64,000 bases of DNA from Spirochaetaceae bacterium (lineage in GTDB: Bacteria; Spirochaetota; Spirochaetia; DSM-27196; PWMO01), in contig REDW01000116.1 of NCBI GenBank assembly GCA_007693325.1, positions 3,609 to 67,608 on the forward strand, in the 5' to 3' direction. The number at the start of each line of letters is the position of its first letter. Positions within the stretch are counted from its first letter, which is position 1. The notes below the pieces were generated by a model that made no database searches, was not told where the DNA came from, and saw only the letters and a program-made list of their open reading frames with translations. Below, piece by piece: positions 17,124-27,949 of this stretch. Made by a program: the position numbers and the translations under genes.

Positions 17124-20100
17124 ATGAAGCAAACCGGCGGTTTCGGCCGCATTCATCTCGCGCAGCTTCTCATGCTCGCCGTGCTCATAGCGGTAACCGC
17201 AATCGCACTGGTTCCGCTGCAGCGCGCAATCGACGTGCGTATGCAGAAACTGAAGGACGAGCTGATCACGGCAACCGAAGTCAGGCTCGGTCGGCGGGTG
17301 TCGTATAGCTCCATATCACCTTCGATCTTCCGTTATCTCGACATCCGCGGCTTGCGTGTTCTCGGTGAGCCCGGTGAGCGCGATGTGCTGCTCGACGTAG
17401 GACGGGTCAAGGCGCACTACAACGTGCTGCAGCTGTTCGCCGATCATCCGTTGGACGCTCTGACCGAACTACGGCTGGAGAACAGTTCGATCGATCTCGA
17501 TTATCACCGCGATCAGGACGTGCTCGATTTTGTGCGGCAGACCGTCGCCGCAAATGGTGCACGGCAGGCTGCCGGTGCGGTTGAGATTCCGCTCGACCTG
17601 CGCATCCGTGGTGACAACATGTTGCTCCGCTATCGGGGTCCAACCGGCGAGTACCGGGCTCAGAACTTTGGTTTTGTTGTGAGCGTTGGCGGCGGAGAAA
17701 CGGCTCTCTCGCTCAGCGGCAACTTCGGCTACCTGCACCAGGACGGCGGCAGTGTTCATGCAGACGGCGCATCGATAGATGGGAGCTGGTCCGACGCGGC
17801 ATCACACGCTCGATTACTGATAGACGTGCCGCGGGTCCAGACAGCTGCTGCAACCGTGGTCAACCAGACGTTCCAGCTCGATTACGATGGCCGTACTATC
17901 GAGGTGCGCAAGATTCGTGACCGTTCGCCGATAGACCTTTCGCTGGAAATCGATCCGGTTGCGGCAACGGTACAGATCGATTTTCTCAGCGACGGTATGA
18001 TTCCCGCCAACGTAGTGGAGCTGCAGGGGCCGCTGTCGGTGTTCAATCCGTGGTTGCTCGGCGAGACCAGCGGACAGGGACGGCTGAACTACAGCCTCAC
18101 CACGCGGGAGCTGAGTTACGATCTGCGCATCAGTAACCGCGTACGCAATCCGGAGGTCTCCGAACCAATAACGGTTGCGTTGGCAGTGGAGGGTGATACG
18201 CGCAGTGCCGACATCGAGTACTTCAGAGTGCAGAGCAGCCGGGGACAGGCGCTGTTCCGCGGCGCGCTTGATCTGGTCAATCGTGTCCCCCACGGCGATC
18301 TGCTGTTCGACGGGTTCAGCTACGACCGTATCGGTCCGCTGAGCGCCTCGTTTCGCGTCAGTGCCGAGCGTGGTTGGACAACGGCACGCAGCGACGTGGT
18401 GCGCTACGGGCAGTCGCGGTTTTACGATGTCGAGCTGGCGATGCGCCAGGAGGGTGATCGCAGCGGCTATTCGGCGCTGGCCTTTCTTGACTCTGAGCGT
18501 CGCGGCTGGGTGGAGCTGAGCGGGCAGAGCAGTGATGCGGCCGATAGCGGCATCGAAGTGCTGGCCGAGTTCCGTAACGCTGCGGTGGATGCTGTCATTG
18601 AAGTTGCCGCGGATCTGCTGCCCGGATTTCCGCGTGACCGGGTTAGCGCTGTTGTCGGCGGTAGCGTTCTGGATACGCGGGTGCGCGCCAGCAATGCGGG
18701 GCAACGGCTGCGGGTGGAGGCACCATTCGTTTCTCTCTATGATCCCGCACGGCCGGACCGCTACGCCGCATTCGGGTTCTACGCCGGTGAGACGGGCTTT
18801 GAAGTGCGCAATGCGGTGGTTGCCAGCGGAGAGTACCTGCTGCGCGGTGGATTGTTTGCACAAGTGGCCGATGATCAACGGATTGATTTCCAGGCAGAAG
18901 GCTTCGACGGACGGCGGCGCTACGAAGTCGAGGGCCTGGTGGACAACGCGCGCACGGTGGTCTTTCGCGGCAGTCATGGACTGGATGGCCGACTGCATCT
19001 GGCGGATAGCGGGGAGGTGATATACTCTGCACGCGCTCAGCGGTTTCCGCTGCCGTTCTCTGATAACGGAGCCACGGTCTCTTTCGATCTGTCGGGTATG
19101 TTCCGCTCGTTCGAGCAATGGGATGTGTCGATGCGGAGGCTGGAGCTTGGCGGAGTGCGGCTGGGTGAACGCGGTTTCAGCGTCAATCTGAGCGGCCGGT
19201 TCAACCCCGGTGGCGGCAGAATTGAACGCCTGACCTATTCCGATGCGGTATCGCGCGTCAGCGGTTCAGGAACCGCGGAATACAATCTATTTGGTGGTGG
19301 TGAGGCCTCGCTGCTGCTCAATCTGAACGCCCTTGACAGCGCTGAACGTTACGAGCTGCAGGCAGGCCTGGATGCCGGTCAACTGACGGCCGCGCTGGTA
19401 TTTGAGCGTTCACCACTGGCGCGTAGCGCAATCGAAGGAATCCGAGGTTCGGTCAACGGTGTAATGACTCTCGAAGGACCGCTGTCCGATCCGCGCATGA
19501 CTGCCGATTTCCAGGTGGTGGACGGGGCTGTCAACAACGACGCGTTCAGCGCCAATGGACGGGTGACCTACTCGGACCAGGTGATAGCTCTGGAGACAAT
19601 ACGCGGGCAATACGTCACAAGCTCGCTGTCCGGCGGGCGCGGCACCATCGACCTTCGCAACGCAACGATCGACCTGCAGGCTACTGTGCGCAACAGTGCC
19701 CGGCATCGCGCCCAACCACGAACGCTGCGCCTGAGCTCGCAATTCGAATCAGATGAACCGCAGGACGATCTGTTTGCGGTGCTTGCCGGACCGTTTCGCG
19801 GCAGTGTCCGGATTGAAGGGCTGGACATTCTGCCGAGCCGCTACGGTGACTGGGACTTCACCGTCGATCGTAGCGCGGAACGCATTCTCGTAAGCGGTGG
19901 ACCGTCAGATGCAGTGTCGGCCGTGGTCCACAGTAACGGTCAGTTCCGCATCGAGCTGCTCGATCCGCTGCCGATCCGCTTCGTGGCAGCCGGGAGGCTG
20001 CAGGACGGAGAAGTCGAGGCCAACATCACCCAGGTGCTGGTTCAGATAGACGAAGTCCCGGACCTGTTTGATCTTAGAGCACTCACTATCCACGCCGGGC

Positions 20101-21446
20101 GGATCAGCGGGGGGATTCGGCTTGTGGGACCGTTGAGCGACCCGGACCTCTACGGAACCCTGACCGCTGATGGGGTACGCGGAAACCTCGATCTGCTGCG
20201 TGATCCTATCGGTCCTGCAAAGATCTACCTGGTGCTGCAGGAGAAACAGCTGCGGTTGACTCCGTTTGAGACCGCGGTGGGATCCGGTAGCGGCACGCTG
20301 CGCGGGACAATCGTGCTGCACCGTTGGGCGGTGGACGAGTTCCAGCTGGACATCGAGTCAGGAGAACGCGGCGTGCCGGTGGCGCACACCTTCGGCGGAT
20401 TGAGCGTTGACGGTTATGGAGTCGGGAGTATGCGGATCGCGGGTTCACCGGGGTTTGTCACCATTACCGGAGACATCGAGGCGCGTGCAACGACGCTGGC
20501 CGTGTCAACGCGCGATCAGCGGCGCGAACCAGACCCCGACTCTATGACCACGGTAAATCTGAACCTTCGTACCGGGCGGCGGGTTGAGTTTCTCTGGCCG
20601 TCGCGCGAGTTTCCGGTTGTGCGCAGTTTTGCCCAGGCCAACGAGCGCCTGCAGCTGCAGTACTCCGATGAGGCCGGCACATTTCGTCTGCGCGGCAACG
20701 TCGGAATCCAGGGTGGGGAGATATACTACTTCGATCGTAGCTTCTATATCCGCGAGGGACAGATCGTTTTCGACGAGACCGAGGAGTTGTTTGACCCTCG
20801 CCTGCGGGCGCGTGCCGAGCTGCGTGAGGTTGGCAGGGAGGGACCGGTGCGGATCTTTCTGATTGCCGACGGCAGCCGGTTGAGCGAGTTCTCGCCGCGT
20901 TTCGAGTCCTCGCCGACCATGAGCGACTCGGAAATCGCTACGCTGATCGGCGGCGGACTGATTACCGGTGGTCCTGACGACGTGTTCAACATCTCCACCG
21001 CGATGCTGGCAACAACCGACATCGTTGCGCCGTTTGGCATCATGAACAACGTTGAGACCAGTATACGCGACGCGCTCGGCCTCGATCTGTTTTCGGTTCG
21101 CACGCAGTTGTTCCAGAATCTGGTGGTTGGAGCACTGGAAGAGCCCGCTGAAGGACCCCTTGACAATTACGGTCCATCTCTTGGACAGTATCTGGACAAT
21201 ACCACGGTTTTTCTCGGCAAATATCTGGGATCCTCGCTGTTTCTGGAGCTCCTGGTTCAGATCAGGGCCCGGAACCCGCTGGAGCCACAGGGAGAATCGC
21301 TCGGAGGAATAGAGGTTGACGCGGAACTCGGGCTTGAATTCCAGACGCCCTTCTTTGATCTGCAGTGGAGCGTCTTTCCGCAGAACCCGCAGACGCTATT
21401 CGTCAGCGATACAACATTTTCGTTCTCGTGGGGATTCTCTTACTGA
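17124..21446 (+). CDS. tamB: Translocation and assembly module protein TamB-like (AsmA/DUF490 family)
   Basis: 1440 aa. Single N-terminal TM LAQLLMLAVLIAVTAIALV, then a long beta-rich body. C-terminal DUF490-like end (LGKYLGSSLFLELLVQIR...FSFSWGFSY). Lies immediately upstream of bamA. Confidence 0.85.
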   Translation: MKQTGGFGRIHLAQLLMLAVLIAVTAIALVPLQRAIDVRMQKLKDELITATEVRLGRRVSYSSISPSIFRYLDIRGLRVLGEPGERDVLLDVGRVKAHYNVLQLFADHPLDALTELRLENSSIDLDYHRDQDVLDFVRQTVAANGARQAAGAVEIPLDLRIRGDNMLLRYRGPTGEYRAQNFGFVVSVGGGETALSLSGNFGYLHQDGGSVHADGASIDGSWSDAASHARLLIDVPRVQTAAATVVNQTFQLDYDGRTIEVRKIRDRSPIDLSLEIDPVAATVQIDFLSDGMIPANVVELQGPLSVFNPWLLGETSGQGRLNYSLTTRELSYDLRISNRVRNPEVSEPITVALAVEGDTRSADIEYFRVQSSRGQALFRGALDLVNRVPHGDLLFDGFSYDRIGPLSASFRVSAERGWTTARSDVVRYGQSRFYDVELAMRQEGDRSGYSALAFLDSERRGWVELSGQSSDAADSGIEVLAEFRNAAVDAVIEVAADLLPGFPRDRVSAVVGGSVLDTRVRASNAGQRLRVEAPFVSLYDPARPDRYAAFGFYAGETGFEVRNAVVASGEYLLRGGLFAQVADDQRIDFQAEGFDGRRRYEVEGLVDNARTVVFRGSHGLDGRLHLADSGEVIYSARAQRFPLPFSDNGATVSFDLSGMFRSFEQWDVSMRRLELGGVRLGERGFSVNLSGRFNPGGGRIERLTYSDAVSRVSGSGTAEYNLFGGGEASLLLNLNALDSAERYELQAGLDAGQLTAALVFERSPLARSAIEGIRGSVNGVMTLEGPLSDPRMTADFQVVDGAVNNDAFSANGRVTYSDQVIALETIRGQYVTSSLSGGRGTIDLRNATIDLQATVRNSARHRAQPRTLRLSSQFESDEPQDDLFAVLAGPFRGSVRIEGLDILPSRYGDWDFTVDRSAERILVSGGPSDAVSAVVHSNGQFRIELLDPLPIRFVAAGRLQDGEVEANITQVLVQIDEVPDLFDLRALTIHAGRISGGIRLVGPLSDPDLYGTLTADGVRGNLDLLRDPIGPAKIYLVLQEKQLRLTPFETAVGSGSGTLRGTIVLHRWAVDEFQLDIESGERGVPVAHTFGGLSVDGYGVGSMRIAGSPGFVTITGDIEARATTLAVSTRDQRREPDPDSMTTVNLNLRTGRRVEFLWPSREFPVVRSFAQANERLQLQYSDEAGTFRLRGNVGIQGGEIYYFDRSFYIREGQIVFDETEELFDPRLRARAELREVGREGPVRIFLIADGSRLSEFSPRFESSPTMSDSEIATLIGGGLITGGPDDVFNISTAMLATTDIVAPFGIMNNVETSIRDALGLDLFSVRTQLFQNLVVGALEEPAEGPLDNYGPSLGQYLDNTTVFLGKYLGSSLFLELLVQIRARNPLEPQGESLGGIEVDAELGLEFQTPFFDLQWSVFPQNPQTLFVSDTTFSFSWGFSY

Positions 21447-21486
21447 GCGATTGTGGTAGACTGGCAACCAATACTAAGGAGATTCT

Positions 21487-24021
21487 ATGCGCAAGAGCCT
21501 GCTGATTGCCGGCGTTGCTTTACTGTTGCTTCCTCTTGCTGTGCAGGCACAGGCCGCTGATGATGAGTGGTTTCAGAACAAGCCGATTGCCGATATTCGC
21601 TTTGAAGGGCTGCGCAGCGTATCGCCCAGCGAATTGCAGGGCATTATCGATCCTTTCATCGGGCGCGAGTTCACCGATGCCGTCTTCCTGGATCTGCAGC
21701 GGCGCCTCTACGCGCTGGATCTCTTTGAGCGCATTGTGCCCGAAGCGCTGCCTGCCGACGATGAGCGCAGCCAGGTAATCCTGCAGTTCCAGGTTACCGA
21801 ACGCCCGCTGGTAGATGATATTCGATTTTCGGGTAACCGAAATATTCGTCGCGGACAGCTGCTGGATGTGATTCTGCTGAACCGCGGCGATGTCATTACC
21901 CAGGCCAAGATACGCGTTGACGAACAGGCGATCCGCAATCTGTATCAGGAACGCGGCTATCCAGACGTAGAGGTACGCGGCAGTACAGAGGAAGTGCCTG
22001 ACTCCCCGGACCGTGTAGTGGTCTTCACTATCAACGAGGGTGCGCGCGTCACCGTGCGCGAGATCCTGTTTTCCGGCAACAGTTACGCCTCCGCGGGTAC
22101 ACTGCGCGGTGTGATGGAGACCAAACAGCAGTCGCTGTTCAACCGCGGTATCTTTCAGGAGGCGCTGCTCGAGCAGGACCGTAGTGCCATCGAGCGCTAT
22201 TACCGCGAGCGCGGCTTTGTCGATGCCCGGGTGCTGGATATCGATCGCGAGGTAGAACGCGACGAGGAGGCCGAGCGCACCTATCTGACCCTGACGGTAT
22301 TCATCGAAGAGGGACTGCAGTACACCTTCGGCGGCATGGAGTTCCGCGGTAACTCGATCTTTGACGACGAGCAGTTGCAGCAGCGTGTCCGCATGTCGCC
22401 CGGTGACGTACTGAATATTGCGCGCCTTGACGCCGACTACCAGCGTGTGGCCGACCTCTACTACGAGAACGGCTACATCTTCAACAGCATCACCCGTGAT
22501 TCCGTGCGCGACGAGGCTACCAATACCATCTCCTACGTAGTCAACATCGTCGAGCGCAGTCGCGCGCGCATCGAGAACATAGAGATTCGCGGCAACGAGA
22601 AGACCATCGACCACGTGATCTACCGCGAAGTGCCGCTGGAAGTTGGCGACATCTTCAGTGCTACCAAGATCCGCCAGGGAATGCAGGGACTGGCCAATCT
22701 GCAGTACTTCAGCAACATTGTCCCGGAAACACCGCAGGGCAGCGAAGAAGGTCTGATGGACCTGATCATCAACGTCGAGGAGGGCAGCACCGCCGATATC
22801 AGGTTTGGCGTGGCCTTCGGCGGCAGTGCTGATTTTCCGGTCTCGGCCCAGATTGCGTGGCAGGACCGCAACTTTCTCGGACGCGGTCAGACCATCGGTG
22901 CCGAGCTGGTGGCCTCGCCGGTCAACCAGCGCCTGTCAGTCAATTTTCTCGAACGCTGGCTAACCGGTCGCCGCTGGTCCGGTGGTTTCAACTTTGCGGT
23001 GGACCGCAACATCCGGCGCAACATCCTGCGTGACGAGGATTCCCGCGGGGTTCCCGATCCTTTCGATACTGAAGAGGATTTTCTGGATGCCGGCGGCACG
23101 GTCTCCAATATTCCCGAAGAATGGCTGATGGAGTACACCGAGTGGAATATCTCAATCGGCGCCAACACCGGCTATCGCTGGTTGACGCCGGTTGGCCGCG
23201 TTGGCGCCAACACTTCGCTTCGTACCGGTATAGAGTACCTGACCTACGATCCCGACGAGTTCCGGCCGCTGGATCGCAATATCCGCCGCAACCTCGACCA
23301 GTGGTTGTTTGTCAATCGCTGGGGGATGTCGCTCTCGCTCGATGACCGCGACGTAGCCTTCAACCCTACCTCTGGTTACTACGTGAGCCAGGGGGTGAGT
23401 TTCACCGGCGGTTTCCTGTTTGGTACGCGGCACTTCATCCGTACCGATAGCCGCGCAGAACAGTTCTACACTCTGTGGGACTGGCGTGTCAGCGACAACT
23501 GGAGCTGGAAGGGAGTGCTCGGGCTACATACCAGCCTTTCGATGATCTTTCCGCAGTTCTGGATTGCCGAAGATCAGCGCAACGCGGAGAACTACGTGCG
23601 CGGAGAAGAGTATCTGGTTGCTCGCACCGGAACCACCGACTTGCTGTACATCGACGGAATGTTCACCGCCCGCGGCTGGCCGCGAGAGCTCGACGGCAAG
23701 GCGCTGTGGAACAACTGGGTTGAGCTGCGGATGCCGCTGGCGGAACAGGTGATCTGGCTCGACAATTTCTTTGAAGCCACCGCACTCTACGAGGAACGCT
23801 CGGACATCGGTAATCTGGGAATTGAGAACATGCGATTCAGCATGGGCAGCGGCCTGCGCTTTGTTATTCCGCAGTTCCCGATCCGGATCTATCTGGCTAA
23901 GCGATTCCTGATTGACAGCAGTGGCAATATCGATTGGCAGACCGGCAATCTCTTCAATCGCGATAACCGTGAGGGGCGGGGGTTGGACTTCGTCTTCTCG
24001 ATCGGAATGGAACTGTTCTAG
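21487..24021 (+). CDS. bamA: Outer membrane protein assembly factor BamA
   Basis: 844 aa. Signal peptide, repeated POTRA-like units (IADIRFEGLRSVS, VDDIRFSGNR, VREILFSGN, IENIEIRGNEKT). C-terminal Omp85 barrel ending GLDFVFSIGMELF. Confidence 0.95.
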   Translation: MRKSLLIAGVALLLLPLAVQAQAADDEWFQNKPIADIRFEGLRSVSPSELQGIIDPFIGREFTDAVFLDLQRRLYALDLFERIVPEALPADDERSQVILQFQVTERPLVDDIRFSGNRNIRRGQLLDVILLNRGDVITQAKIRVDEQAIRNLYQERGYPDVEVRGSTEEVPDSPDRVVVFTINEGARVTVREILFSGNSYASAGTLRGVMETKQQSLFNRGIFQEALLEQDRSAIERYYRERGFVDARVLDIDREVERDEEAERTYLTLTVFIEEGLQYTFGGMEFRGNSIFDDEQLQQRVRMSPGDVLNIARLDADYQRVADLYYENGYIFNSITRDSVRDEATNTISYVVNIVERSRARIENIEIRGNEKTIDHVIYREVPLEVGDIFSATKIRQGMQGLANLQYFSNIVPETPQGSEEGLMDLIINVEEGSTADIRFGVAFGGSADFPVSAQIAWQDRNFLGRGQTIGAELVASPVNQRLSVNFLERWLTGRRWSGGFNFAVDRNIRRNILRDEDSRGVPDPFDTEEDFLDAGGTVSNIPEEWLMEYTEWNISIGANTGYRWLTPVGRVGANTSLRTGIEYLTYDPDEFRPLDRNIRRNLDQWLFVNRWGMSLSLDDRDVAFNPTSGYYVSQGVSFTGGFLFGTRHFIRTDSRAEQFYTLWDWRVSDNWSWKGVLGLHTSLSMIFPQFWIAEDQRNAENYVRGEEYLVARTGTTDLLYIDGMFTARGWPRELDGKALWNNWVELRMPLAEQVIWLDNFFEATALYEERSDIGNLGIENMRFSMGSGLRFVIPQFPIRIYLAKRFLIDSSGNIDWQTGNLFNRDNREGRGLDFVFSIGMELF

Positions 24022-24048
24022 CGGAACGGAGGAAAAACAGAGGCAATC

Positions 24049-24567
24049 ATGAAGCGAATAACTATTGCAGCGTTGCTGCTGACGCTGCTCGCCGGCGTTG
24101 TAGCAGCCGAACAGCTGACCACGGTGGCAATCATCAACATAGACCGGGTATACAACACCTTCTATCGCGATTCGCAGGAGGTGCGCGAGTTGGAACGGCT
24201 ACGCCGTGAATACCAGGAGGAGATTGACGCCCAGGTGCGCGAGCTCGAGAGCCTGCGCCAGCGCCACACCATAGCGCTGGATCAGAACAACTCCTTCACC
24301 GCAAACCGGCTCGAGACGCAGATAACGGACAAGGAACGCTTCATCGAGGACCTGGCGCGTCGCCGCCGCTCGCAACTGGAAGCGCGTCAGACACGCCTGT
24401 TGTCCGACGACTTCCTGAACCGCATGCAGCAGGCTATTCAGTATGTAGCCGAAAGCGAGGGCTACACGGTCGTAATGCGCACCGACAGCGAAGGTCTGCA
24501 GTGGTGGAGTTCCGCGGTGGACATCAGCGACAAGGTGCTGGCCCGGCTGCGCACGATATCCCGCTGA
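24049..24567 (+). CDS. skp: OmpH/Skp family periplasmic chaperone
   Basis: 172 aa. Signal peptide, then a long charged coiled-coil region. Position directly after bamA. Confidence 0.85.
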   Translation: MKRITIAALLLTLLAGVVAAEQLTTVAIINIDRVYNTFYRDSQEVRELERLRREYQEEIDAQVRELESLRQRHTIALDQNNSFTANRLETQITDKERFIEDLARRRRSQLEARQTRLLSDDFLNRMQQAIQYVAESEGYTVVMRTDSEGLQWWSSAVDISDKVLARLRTISR

Positions 24568-24574
24568 CAGGACA

Positions 24575-27187
24575 ATGCCCGAGCTGACGCCGATGATGCA
24601 GCAGTACGCGCGCATCAAGGCCGAGCATCAGGACGCAATTCTCTTTTTTCGGCTCGGAGACTTCTACGAAATGTTCAAGGGGGACGCCAGAGAGGCGTCC
24701 CGTCTTCTCGGTCTTACGCTGACAGCGCGCAACGAGGTGCCGATGTGCGGTATTCCCTACCATGCATCGCACAGCTACATCGGACGTCTGCTCAAAGCCG
24801 GTAAGAAGGTTGCAATCTGCGAGCAGGTGCGCCTGCCGGCGGACGCCAAAGGTATCGCCGAGCGTGAAGTGGTTGAGATTGTCACTCCCGGTACGGTGGT
24901 GGAGCAGGACTACCTCGAGGCCGGCGTCAATAACTACCTGGTGGCCCTCGGGTGTACCCGTAACGTGCTCAGCGAGGCTTATATCGATCTGTCCACCGGA
25001 GAACTGGCGGTGGCAACCGCCGATGCCGCCGAGGGCCTGGAGTTTGTCCGTCGCGAGCTGAGCCGTCTTGCGCCGCGTGAGATTCTGCTGCAGGAGTCGC
25101 TGCTGGATTCTCTGCCTCAACTGCAGACGACTATCGAACAGCACGAACAGCTGGTTATCAACCGCCTGCCGGACTGGAGCTTTGATATCGAGCAGGCACG
25201 CCGCCGTCTGGTGGCGCTATTCGGCGTGGCTACGCTGGAAGGTTTTGGTGTTTCCGATGAGGGATCCGAACTGCACTGTGTCAATGTTCTGCTTGAGTAT
25301 ATCGACGAGACGGCTCGCGGACTTCTGTCGCATGTGCGCAATCTGAGGGTATATCGCGACGATCAAGTGGTGGTGCTGGACGAGTCGACGCAGCGGAACC
25401 TGGAATTGCTGCGGAGCATCAGTGAGGGTGGCCGCCGCTTCTCGCTGTTGTCGGCTCTCGACTACACCGGCTCGGCAATGGGCGCGCGAACGCTGCGCCG
25501 CTGGATTCTGTCGCCGCTGCGATCACCGGCGGAGATCGAACAACGCTTTGACCGCGTTGGCGAGCTGTACCACAATCAGATGCTGCTGAACCGCCTGCGG
25601 CAGGAGCTTGATGCGCTGCTGGACCTGGAGCGTCTGGGCGCACGAGTTGCACTGGAACGCGCCCACGCCAAGGACCTGGTAGCTATCCGCGACAGCCTCA
25701 CGCACGCGCTGGTGATAGAAGAGCTGCTGGCCGACTGGTTCCAGAGTGAAGGCGGTATCGGCGGTTCTGCCGCGTGGCGCGACGCGCTGCTGGCGGTTAT
25801 CGAGCTTCTGAGAACAGCGATGGCTGAAAACCCTTCGGTGCTGTTGAGCGAAGGCAACCTGATCCGCGACGGCTACAACCAGGAGCTGGACCAATTGCGA
25901 GCGCTGCGCGACAACAGCAGGGCGGTGCTGGCAGAATATCTGGAACGCGAACGCGATGCCAGCGGCATTGCGGCGCTGAAGCTGCGCCATAATCGCGTGT
26001 TGGGCTACTTCTTCGAAGTCAGTAAAGCTCAAGCGGACAGAGTCCCCGGCCACTTCATACGGCGGCAGTCGCTGGCGGGCGGCGAGCGTTTCACTACCGA
26101 GGAGCTGGGCGATATCGAGTCGCGCCTGAACGACGCCTCGGAACGGATCGTTGAACAGGAGCGTGTGCTGTTTCTGCGGGTGCGCGCGGAGGTGGCACGG
26201 GTGCTGCCGGCACTGTCAGCGGTCAGCGAACAGCTGGCGCGTATCGACTGCCTGCAGTCGTTTGCGTGGGCGGCAACACGCAACGGCTACGTGCGGCCGC
26301 AGGTTGAGCAGAGTGGGGTACTGCGGGTTCGTGGTGGGCGCCATCCGGTGGTCGAACGCTACGGCGCACCGGGCAGTTTTGTTCCCAACGATCTTACGCT
26401 TGATAAGCAGCGCTTTGCACTGATTACCGGTCCCAATATGGCCGGAAAGTCTACCTTTCTGCGCCAGAATGCGCTGATAGTCCTGATGGCTCAGATCGGT
26501 TCGTTTGTCCCGGCTGACGAGGCGTGCATCGGCGTAGTGGACCGCATCTTCTGTCGCGTGGGAGCTTCGGACAACATCGCGCGCGGGCAATCCACGTTTC
26601 TGGTTGAGATGTCCGAGACCGCCAACATTCTGCGCAACGCCGGCGAGCGCAGCCTGGTAATCATGGACGAGGTTGGCCGCGGTACCGGAACACAGGATGG
26701 GCTGGCGATTGCCTGGGCGGTATGCGAGTATCTGCTACAGAGCGTGAAAGCGCGGACGCTTTTTGCGACGCACTATCACGAACTGACCGAAATCGAACAT
26801 GATTCGCTGATCAACCTGTCGATGGCGGTGGCAGAGCAACGCGATACCATCGTGTTTCTGAAGCGGGTTACCCAGGGCCCGTCGGGCAACTCCTACGGGA
26901 TACACGTTGCCGAGCTGGCGGGGCTGCCGCACGCGGTGGTTTCACGCGCGCGAGCGCTGGCCGGGGATATCGGTCCTGCCGCTTCGGTCAACGCCGCCGG
27001 CGTTTCGCAGCGCCAGCGACGTCAGGCGAAGAGCGCGGTTCCCCAGGCCGAGCTGTTTCAAAGCGGCGAGCTGATCCTGCGTGAAATCTCCGGACTGGAT
27101 TTGAACCGGACCACGCCGATTGAGGCGCTCAACAGCGTTGCGCGCTGGCGTGAGCTGCTGAGCGACGGCGGTTCACAGCGCCCGTGA
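24575..27187 (+). CDS. mutS: DNA mismatch repair protein MutS
   Basis: MPELTPMMQQYARIKAEHQDAILFFRLGDFYEMF, Walker A ITGPNMAGKSTFLRQ, DEVGRGTGTQDG, FATHYHEL. Confidence 0.97.
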   Translation: MPELTPMMQQYARIKAEHQDAILFFRLGDFYEMFKGDAREASRLLGLTLTARNEVPMCGIPYHASHSYIGRLLKAGKKVAICEQVRLPADAKGIAEREVVEIVTPGTVVEQDYLEAGVNNYLVALGCTRNVLSEAYIDLSTGELAVATADAAEGLEFVRRELSRLAPREILLQESLLDSLPQLQTTIEQHEQLVINRLPDWSFDIEQARRRLVALFGVATLEGFGVSDEGSELHCVNVLLEYIDETARGLLSHVRNLRVYRDDQVVVLDESTQRNLELLRSISEGGRRFSLLSALDYTGSAMGARTLRRWILSPLRSPAEIEQRFDRVGELYHNQMLLNRLRQELDALLDLERLGARVALERAHAKDLVAIRDSLTHALVIEELLADWFQSEGGIGGSAAWRDALLAVIELLRTAMAENPSVLLSEGNLIRDGYNQELDQLRALRDNSRAVLAEYLERERDASGIAALKLRHNRVLGYFFEVSKAQADRVPGHFIRRQSLAGGERFTTEELGDIESRLNDASERIVEQERVLFLRVRAEVARVLPALSAVSEQLARIDCLQSFAWAATRNGYVRPQVEQSGVLRVRGGRHPVVERYGAPGSFVPNDLTLDKQRFALITGPNMAGKSTFLRQNALIVLMAQIGSFVPADEACIGVVDRIFCRVGASDNIARGQSTFLVEMSETANILRNAGERSLVIMDEVGRGTGTQDGLAIAWAVCEYLLQSVKARTLFATHYHELTEIEHDSLINLSMAVAEQRDTIVFLKRVTQGPSGNSYGIHVAELAGLPHAVVSRARALAGDIGPAASVNAAGVSQRQRRQAKSAVPQAELFQSGELILREISGLDLNRTTPIEALNSVARWRELLSDGGSQRP

Positions 27188-27937
27188 TGCCAGCAGCACC
27201 AGCGTACCCATTGCAATGAAGCCCACTATCGCGCTGCCGCGTAGATTCCAGAACAGCGCCTGCGCTACGGTCTCGAGAATCCAGGTGATTGCGTACATCA
27301 GCAGCAATGCGTGCAGCGGCAGCGCAGCGATTGGCAGTACAGCATAGATCAGCGCGGTAATTGCTGCGGAAACCACCCACCAGCCGAGAAAATTGATCAG
27401 CGGGATGCCGAAGTAGCGCCCGGGTTGCTTCCAGCGCCAGAAGTCCCAGTGAACCATCTGCGGATCGAGAAACAGATCCCACGCGGTGAACGCTACGCCC
27501 GCGGTAAGCGCAAACAGCAGTGGACGCGCGCTGCCCACCAGCAGCTCGGCTACCGCCCAGGCCGGCGGCATCATCATCAGCCACGCCAGCGGAATGATAA
27601 GCGGAACCCTTCCAATTTGCGGCTGCAGCACGTCGGTGTAGTGGTAACGGCCGAAAGGGAACCCGGTGCGACAGCCGACAAACTCGCTCAGCCACCCCAG
27701 AAACGGAATCGCTGCTGCCAGTAGCGCTACTGTCCACAGCGGCAGAGCCGCCGACAGAAGAGCAACCACCGTGGCAACCTGGAACAGCACCCCAACCGAT
27801 ATCCCGATGCGCTCGGCTCCATCACCCCATATCCACTTGACAATCGGCACCATGATCATCGAGACGAGCCATAGAATCAAAAAGATAATCGAAATCAGCG
27901 GCAGCTGTGCAAGGCCTCTGCTAAGCAGATCGATCAT
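27173..27937 (-). CDS. Carotenoid biosynthesis membrane protein, DUF422/CruF-like
   Basis: 254 aa polytopic membrane protein with GCRTGFPFGRYHYT, PLAWLMMMPPAW, AWDLFLDPQMV, as I recall for the Caroten_synth (DUF422) family. Adjacent to a lycopene-cyclase homologue. Its 3' end overlaps the mutS 3' end by 15 nt. Confidence 0.75.
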   Translation of the reverse strand: MIDLLSRGLAQLPLISIIFLILWLVSMIMVPIVKWIWGDGAERIGISVGVLFQVATVVALLSAALPLWTVALLAAAIPFLGWLSEFVGCRTGFPFGRYHYTDVLQPQIGRVPLIIPLAWLMMMPPAWAVAELLVGSARPLLFALTAGVAFTAWDLFLDPQMVHWDFWRWKQPGRYFGIPLINFLGWWVVSAAITALIYAVLPIAALPLHALLLMYAITWILETVAQALFWNLRGSAIVGFIAMGTLVLLASRAL

Positions 27938-27949
27938 AATCAGCCTGCC

